A DNA stretch of 64,000 nt. Source: Trichoplax sp. H2 (Eukaryota). Shown here in pieces: positions 58,501-64,000 of the stretch. The stretch covers positions 248,001 through 312,000 of the forward strand of contig NOWV01000022.1 in assembly GCA_003344405.1 (NCBI GenBank), given 5' to 3'. The position numbers and the translations under genes are program-made. Numbering within the stretch: position 1 is the first letter of the stretch; every line of letters begins with the position of its first letter. The notes beneath the pieces were generated by a model. That model did no database searches and was not told where the DNA came from. It saw nothing but the letters and a program-made list of their open reading frames with translations.

Positions 58501-61500
58501 TATTTTTAAATATATCTACTTTAATCTACTAATTACATCGGACTTGATGATGAGATATGGTTATTAAATATATCTATTTTTTGACAATATTTATTACTGC
58601 TTGCTGATTTTTCATAACTTTAAGGTAAATTATAAACTTGTATCACTAATAAGCCACAGGTATTTTGTGACGAGAATGGACTCCTGCTGGTAGTATACAA
58701 GTATAAAAGGAATAGAAATATCAATAAGCGACCATAATATATTAAAAATTAGACACAAACATTTACCTATCTAAATATTAATCATAACTTATTGATGCCA
58801 TCTCCTGTCAAAATAGATTTCAATTAGCCGATTGTTTTGCAAGACTTATCAGAATTTTAAACAATTTAACTTTTATGCTTACTATTAATATTGCTACACT
58901 CTAATTAAATAATAAAAATTTCTTTTTATTAATACATAGTAATATCCAATTTATTTTACTTCATCAAATTCATGCTGGTTATCTTAGTTTCGTATAATTA
59001 ATGATATCGTCGAAGGTAGAGCTCGTGATAAGGTGCAGTAATTAGTTAAAAATTATTAAGGATTAATACAGACTGGAATTGCTAATATTGATACTAAAAG
59101 GGAGAACTGAAAGAACCCGCTTTCATCCAAGACAAATAAAGCCTAGTGAAAAAGCAAAGTACAAATTACGTATCACTACGTTGTAGTTAGAAATTAGTAA
59201 ATCTGGTTATCATTTTGATTTAATATTATGATTTCATTAAAATATCGCCATTACTAGTAAGATTTTATGATTCTTCTGTTCTTAATTGCCTGTAGTTACG
59301 ATAACATAATAATATTACAGGTAAGAATATTATGTAAGCTACGATAAGGCGTTCTTTATATCAGTGTAATATTATTCGTGTTTTCGGCTGGCATTGAAAT
59401 GAAATATGATTCGAAATTTGCCGTTAACAGCTTTAATTGTTTGAAGCACCCTTGTATATTTAGTTTTAACTAGCCAATCGATCACTTAACTGATAAATTA
59501 AAGAGTCTTTAATATGAATATATCAAATATTTCTTACTTTTTGTTAGCTTATACGGTATTATATTAGTTCTATGAGTGATTATTTTGAAAATGTAAAATG
59601 CGCACAATAGGGATTGTCACAGTAGAAATATAATTATAATGGCTGAAGTATTACCTTTAGCTGAAGATGATATTTATACGTCTATTTTTGGCGATAACAC
59701 AAATAGTCTTACCAAATAGTATAGTTCAGTTAGGTTCAGAGTAACAAAATTTTACAATTTGTTATTCTAGCAACTGTCATCAAAGGCAAAATGATAGACT
59801 TATTGTATATGGTTTTAAAGATAGCACTAGTAATTTTGTACCTATCTATTTATAGTCACGTATTTCAAGATAGCTGAGCTCTTTTAATAATTTTCTGTTT
59901 CTAATCATAATTATAACATAAATATGCTCAATATTGTTTCTAGATCATTGTGTATATGTATTATATTAGCGCACATATGAACGTTTTCAAAGATATTTAT
60001 TAACTTCTGTACTTATGATTGCAGTATGAGTATTTCAAAATCTTTGAAAATTTTTCATTTAACTTATAGTTTTAGATTCTATTCATCGATGCAAAGTATT
60101 GGCCATTCAAATTCATCTCATACAGTAAAGATTTAATGATATCCTACGATATATCGACAATAATAATATTTGTAGTGCCAGTAATACAGCCATCATCCTT
60201 AGTAACATCATTAATCACTATTAATCAACCGTCTATTGTTAAGCTATACTGTGTATGAATCCAGCTAGTAGCTTTTTACTGTAGCCTTAATATGACTGCT
60301 AACAAAGGCGGTCGTAATACTGCTACCTACACGCTCGACACTTGTTCTAGTACAACTTAGTTTACATCGTGTTTGTAGGTTAATAAATTACAGCCCAATA
60401 CTTACAGCGGAGAAATTAAGACTACGAGTCTATCATCCAGTCTGCCCTTTCGTCATTTAGTTATAATACAATTTAAATATTAGGAATTTACTATCGCAAC
60501 AGTAATTGTGCATATCTGTCTTAGATCAATCTATGAAACCCTAAATTTTTTATTAGAAAATGAACTAATTTATGGTACAAGTAAGTAGATTTTAGTGGCT
60601 ATTACTGAGGTGTAAAATAAAATACGCTGTTATCTATACATGTATTGATGAATTTCAGATCATTATACAGTATTATCAGTGAATTTTAAGGTATGTTATC
60701 TACCGAATACCAGATAGAAAATAGGAATTTTGCCATTGTTATAAGTCACTTGATAGTAATTGGATTGTAAGGATATATTATAAAATTGCTATATTATGTT
60801 GTTACTATAGATAATTATGCAGATAGCTCCTGGTGAAGAACTAATTCATCTAGTAAAGTTAAGTTAGCAAAATAAGCCAAGACCTAATCGTAATATTTTT
60901 GAGACAGTTTATCACGCTCATTGTGTTGTAAAGTGCTGTAAACTTCCTTAGTATTGGATCGTAGATTTTACGAGTTTTTATCATTATTATTAGCCATGTT
61001 AGTATGATGTACGGTACCATTGTGTGGTTTTCGATAATTATCTAAAGGTATATTTCGTAGTAGCTCATAGCTGTAGACTGTCATGGACTATTCTATGTTA
61101 AAGTACAAATGACCACATACAGTAGGTTGTCAAGTCGCTATTGATGCTAGAGGTAAAATAGATATGTAACTCATACATTGCTTTAGCTGGAGAAATAAAT
61201 TCTACGTAAATACTGTAGCTGTTGCTCTATCGAATTATAATGTAGATGGTCCGCTATAAAGTACTGTTGTTACTGATGAGAATAAATGTAAAATAACTTA
61301 GAATATTACTGAGCTGATCGTAGCTGGAAACGTTATGAAAAGTATATATATATAACTTTAGATTATGCAGTAGTTGCGTCAAAAAATCTTTGCAGTGATT
61401 GTACTGTACTCCAGCTAGGGTTGAGCTGTATGCAAACTACCTTTGTACGCGTATAAAGATACGAATAAAGCTCTAATTTTCTACGATTTTGAAATTTTGA

Positions 61501-61576
61501 GATCGGTTATATCACAAGTGCATATTACGGTATTAACATTAATTAATCAAGCTAGTAGCTGCAACTTAAGGTTAAT

Positions 61577-61918
61577 ATATTATTACGCATGAATTTCAAC
61601 GGAATATAACTTTGATATTTGAACGAAGAAACTGGATATCGCTATAGTATACATTGTACAAGTACTGTACCGTACTGAATGCTTCTACGGGCATACAGCA
61701 TTCATATATAAGTAATTTTAAATATTATTACACATGAATTTCAACGGAATATAACTTTAATTTTTGAATGAAGAAGCTGGATATCGTTATAGTGTACATT
61801 TGTACAAGTACCGCACTGTACTGAATGCTTCTATGGGCATACAGTATATATAAATAACTTTAAATATTATTACACATGAATTTCAACGGAATATAAACTT
61901 TGATTTTTGAACGAAGTA
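61577..61918. repeat. Tandem repeat, ~143 bp unit x ~2.4, plus a detached partial copy at ~62485-62555
   Basis: ATATTATTAC.CATGAATTTCAACGGAATATAACTTT starts at ~61577, ~61722 and ~61864; a related GAATTTCAACGGAATACAACTTT occurs at ~62516. Confidence 0.9.
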
Positions 61919-62579
61919 CTGCGTACCGTTTTGGGGCTCAATAAGCAACGAAAGTAGATAAGTTTGTGGAATTTATTGTAAGAACAGTCACGGAATAAGT
62001 AGGAGTTGCAAACATAAGTATCAGAATACTGTTGTTAATAGGATTTAACAGGGTATGTAACAAGAAGATCGCGAGGTCTTCTTTTTCCTAGTTTGTTGTA
62101 AATGAAGTTACGGTTGGTTTTATTGTAATAAAGCTTAATTCGGTTTTTAAATCCAGTTAGACTGATTTATTGTGGATCCTGTAAGAATTGGCTTACTACC
62201 ATAACATCCATAGTCTTGCTAGTAGCATGCAAAGTATAATAGCCAATATTCCCATATACAGTACAGTATAAGACACTGAGAATCTTTATCAATCTAATTG
62301 GCATAGTCCAAGTTTTTCCACACGATTGTTGCAATATACTGTATAGGTACTGTACCATACTGTACTGTACGTCGAGAGTCTGATTAATTCAATGGCACCC
62401 TGAAAAAATAAAATTCTGCAAGTTAAATGAAGCCAAAACTAGGTAAATTCTATATGTAATCGTAGCCTAATAACTCATAAATGCCGTTCTACGGGTACCT
62501 ATAAATATTATACAGGAATTTCAACGGAATACAACTTTCATTTTTGAACAACTGGCTGCCATCGAAAATAATATATTCA

Positions 62580-62826
62580 GACTGTAATATTAAATACTGC
62601 CGTCCTGTACAGTGTACAGTGTACAGTATGTAGACTGTAGGAGACTACAGTGTACAGTACTGTACACTCACTCGGTGTACTGTACTGTACAGCATGTGAT
62701 ACAGGGAATGGACAAGAACACGTCATGGCGACAATACTGTACACTATAATACTATACAGTATAATGTCCTGTCGTAGATCATACACTAAGCACTGTAGAT
62801 TAGGACTGTACATCGGTACAGTACCG
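62580..62826. promoter_or_regulatory. TACAGTA/TACTGTA array upstream of the gene starting at 62880
   Basis: Dense TGTACAGTGTACAGTGTACAGTA, ACAGTGTACAGTACTGTACAC and TGTACTGTACTGTACAG units ending ~55 bp before the ATG. Confidence 0.55.
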
Positions 62827-62879
62827 TGCACTCTTCAAGCGCTACCAAGACGCTCGACGAAGACACCAGTGGAATCAAG

Positions 62880-63939
62880 ATGGCGTTGCTTCGCCTTCTA
62901 CGTCCTTCAACAGTAATGTTGAATGCAAAAGGAACGCTATTGCCTGCTTCTCGTCTATGTCGAAAGAGGATGCATAAGTAAGCCTATACTTGTTTCCAGA
63001 TATTTTATTCCACTGTACAAGAATAGGATAGCTACATTTCATGCATATTTCGATCACTGTGCCAGGTGTTGAGTCATCGTATCCATTCAACGCTACATTC
63101 TATGTCGGGATTATCTCGATTCTTTTTACATTGTGTCCTTTGCAATTGTGTAGACTGTATTGCATAATTTAGATGAAATGATATAGATTAGCAATATTTG
63201 TAGGCCAAGAATTGAGAAAAGAAATTTAGTAGTGACTACGTTACAATCGTTATCGACGATCATGCTGTCATGTCGTGCAATTACCAAGTATCAAGGATAC
63301 ACTTAGTAAATCCTGGTGGTAGACTTCTGCATGCTATTTTTCTACTAGCAATATTGAAATGATTATCTTGTCTTACTGGCGTTTGCATAGGTTAAGTAGG
63401 AAGCCAATATTACTGTAGTGCATTACCATCAGCAATGGCCAGTTTGGAAATTAGTTACTATGCTTATTGAAACCAAATTTCCTAGGTAATTCATGAGGTA
63501 TTCCTTTACTGCATGCTTTACGAAATAACTATAAACACGGGGTCCGTTTTATTTCATTGACCAATAAGATTATAATATTTATTCGAGTGAGATCTGTTTA
63601 GCTCAGCTTTATCCAAAGCTACCCTTACTACTTTCTAGTTCCTTTTAATTTATAATTAGATAATAAATACTTTCTCTGGCCGATAATATACTGCAAATTG
63701 CAGGATAATGTCATAATTTATTGCTTTTAATGCATTCTAATAAAATGTTACCTATATGCAAATAATGTCGCTTTCTATCACTTTACAAATCTAAAAATTT
63801 GCAAATTATCTTCAATTAATATAGCAGTCAAATTTATTCTCTCTGAGATGATTACAAAAATCAATTTGCTTTGCACAGATTAGCTACTGTAGGGGTTTTA
63901 ACATCACCAAAGGTCGATGACCATTATCAACCTGGACAA
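62880..63939 (+). CDS. First exons of a probable nuclear-encoded mitochondrial protein (partial; identity uncertain)
   Basis: Exon 62880-62977 (AAGATGG context; MALLRLLRPSTVMLNAKGTLLPASRLCRKRMH; donor GTAAGC) is Arg/Leu-rich with no acidic residues. It joins in frame to exon 63879-63939 (acceptor TTGCACAG; KLATVGVLTSPKVDDHYQPGQ; donor GTAAGT). An intervening exon cannot be excluded. Confidence 0.6.
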
Positions 63940-64000
63940 GTAAGTTAATCTTAATTACGCTAAAGTAGTACAGTAAATTATTAATACAAATCGATCGTTT

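Noticed and set aside
61577..61918. Repeat array as a possible CRISPR
   Set aside because: Whole ~143 bp units repeat with no unique spacers, there are no cas genes, and the context is eukaryotic.
62577..62916. ORFs rich in Y/C/T/V/Q, also at 4909-5148 and 6674-6928
   Set aside because: Translation artefacts of the TACAGTA arrays.

Overview
AT-rich, intron-dense animal genomic DNA with short GT-AG introns. Composition and gene style suggest an early-branching metazoan, probably a placozoan (Trichoplax-like); this is inference. The first 26.5 kb is gene-dense. I spliced four genes by hand: the 5' part of USP32 (minus strand); a divergently transcribed VMP1 whose first exons add an in-frame N-terminal SAP domain; RMND1; and the HECT E3 ligase UBE3B (31 coding exons, one probable GC-AG intron). 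A ~36 kb gene desert (26.5-62.9 kb) holds a single intronless FoxA gene (minus strand). Its upstream 3 kb has a cluster of TCF/LEF motifs, including a TCF/T-box composite. The first exons of a probable mitochondrial-protein gene start at 62880. Dense TACAGTA/TACTGTA arrays lie just upstream of housekeeping gene starts. A further array inside VMP1 intron 1, with a GC box, CCAAT box and splice donor, suggests a second promoter giving a SAP-less VMP1 of canonical length. Most ORFs in the supplied track are exon fragments or spurious.
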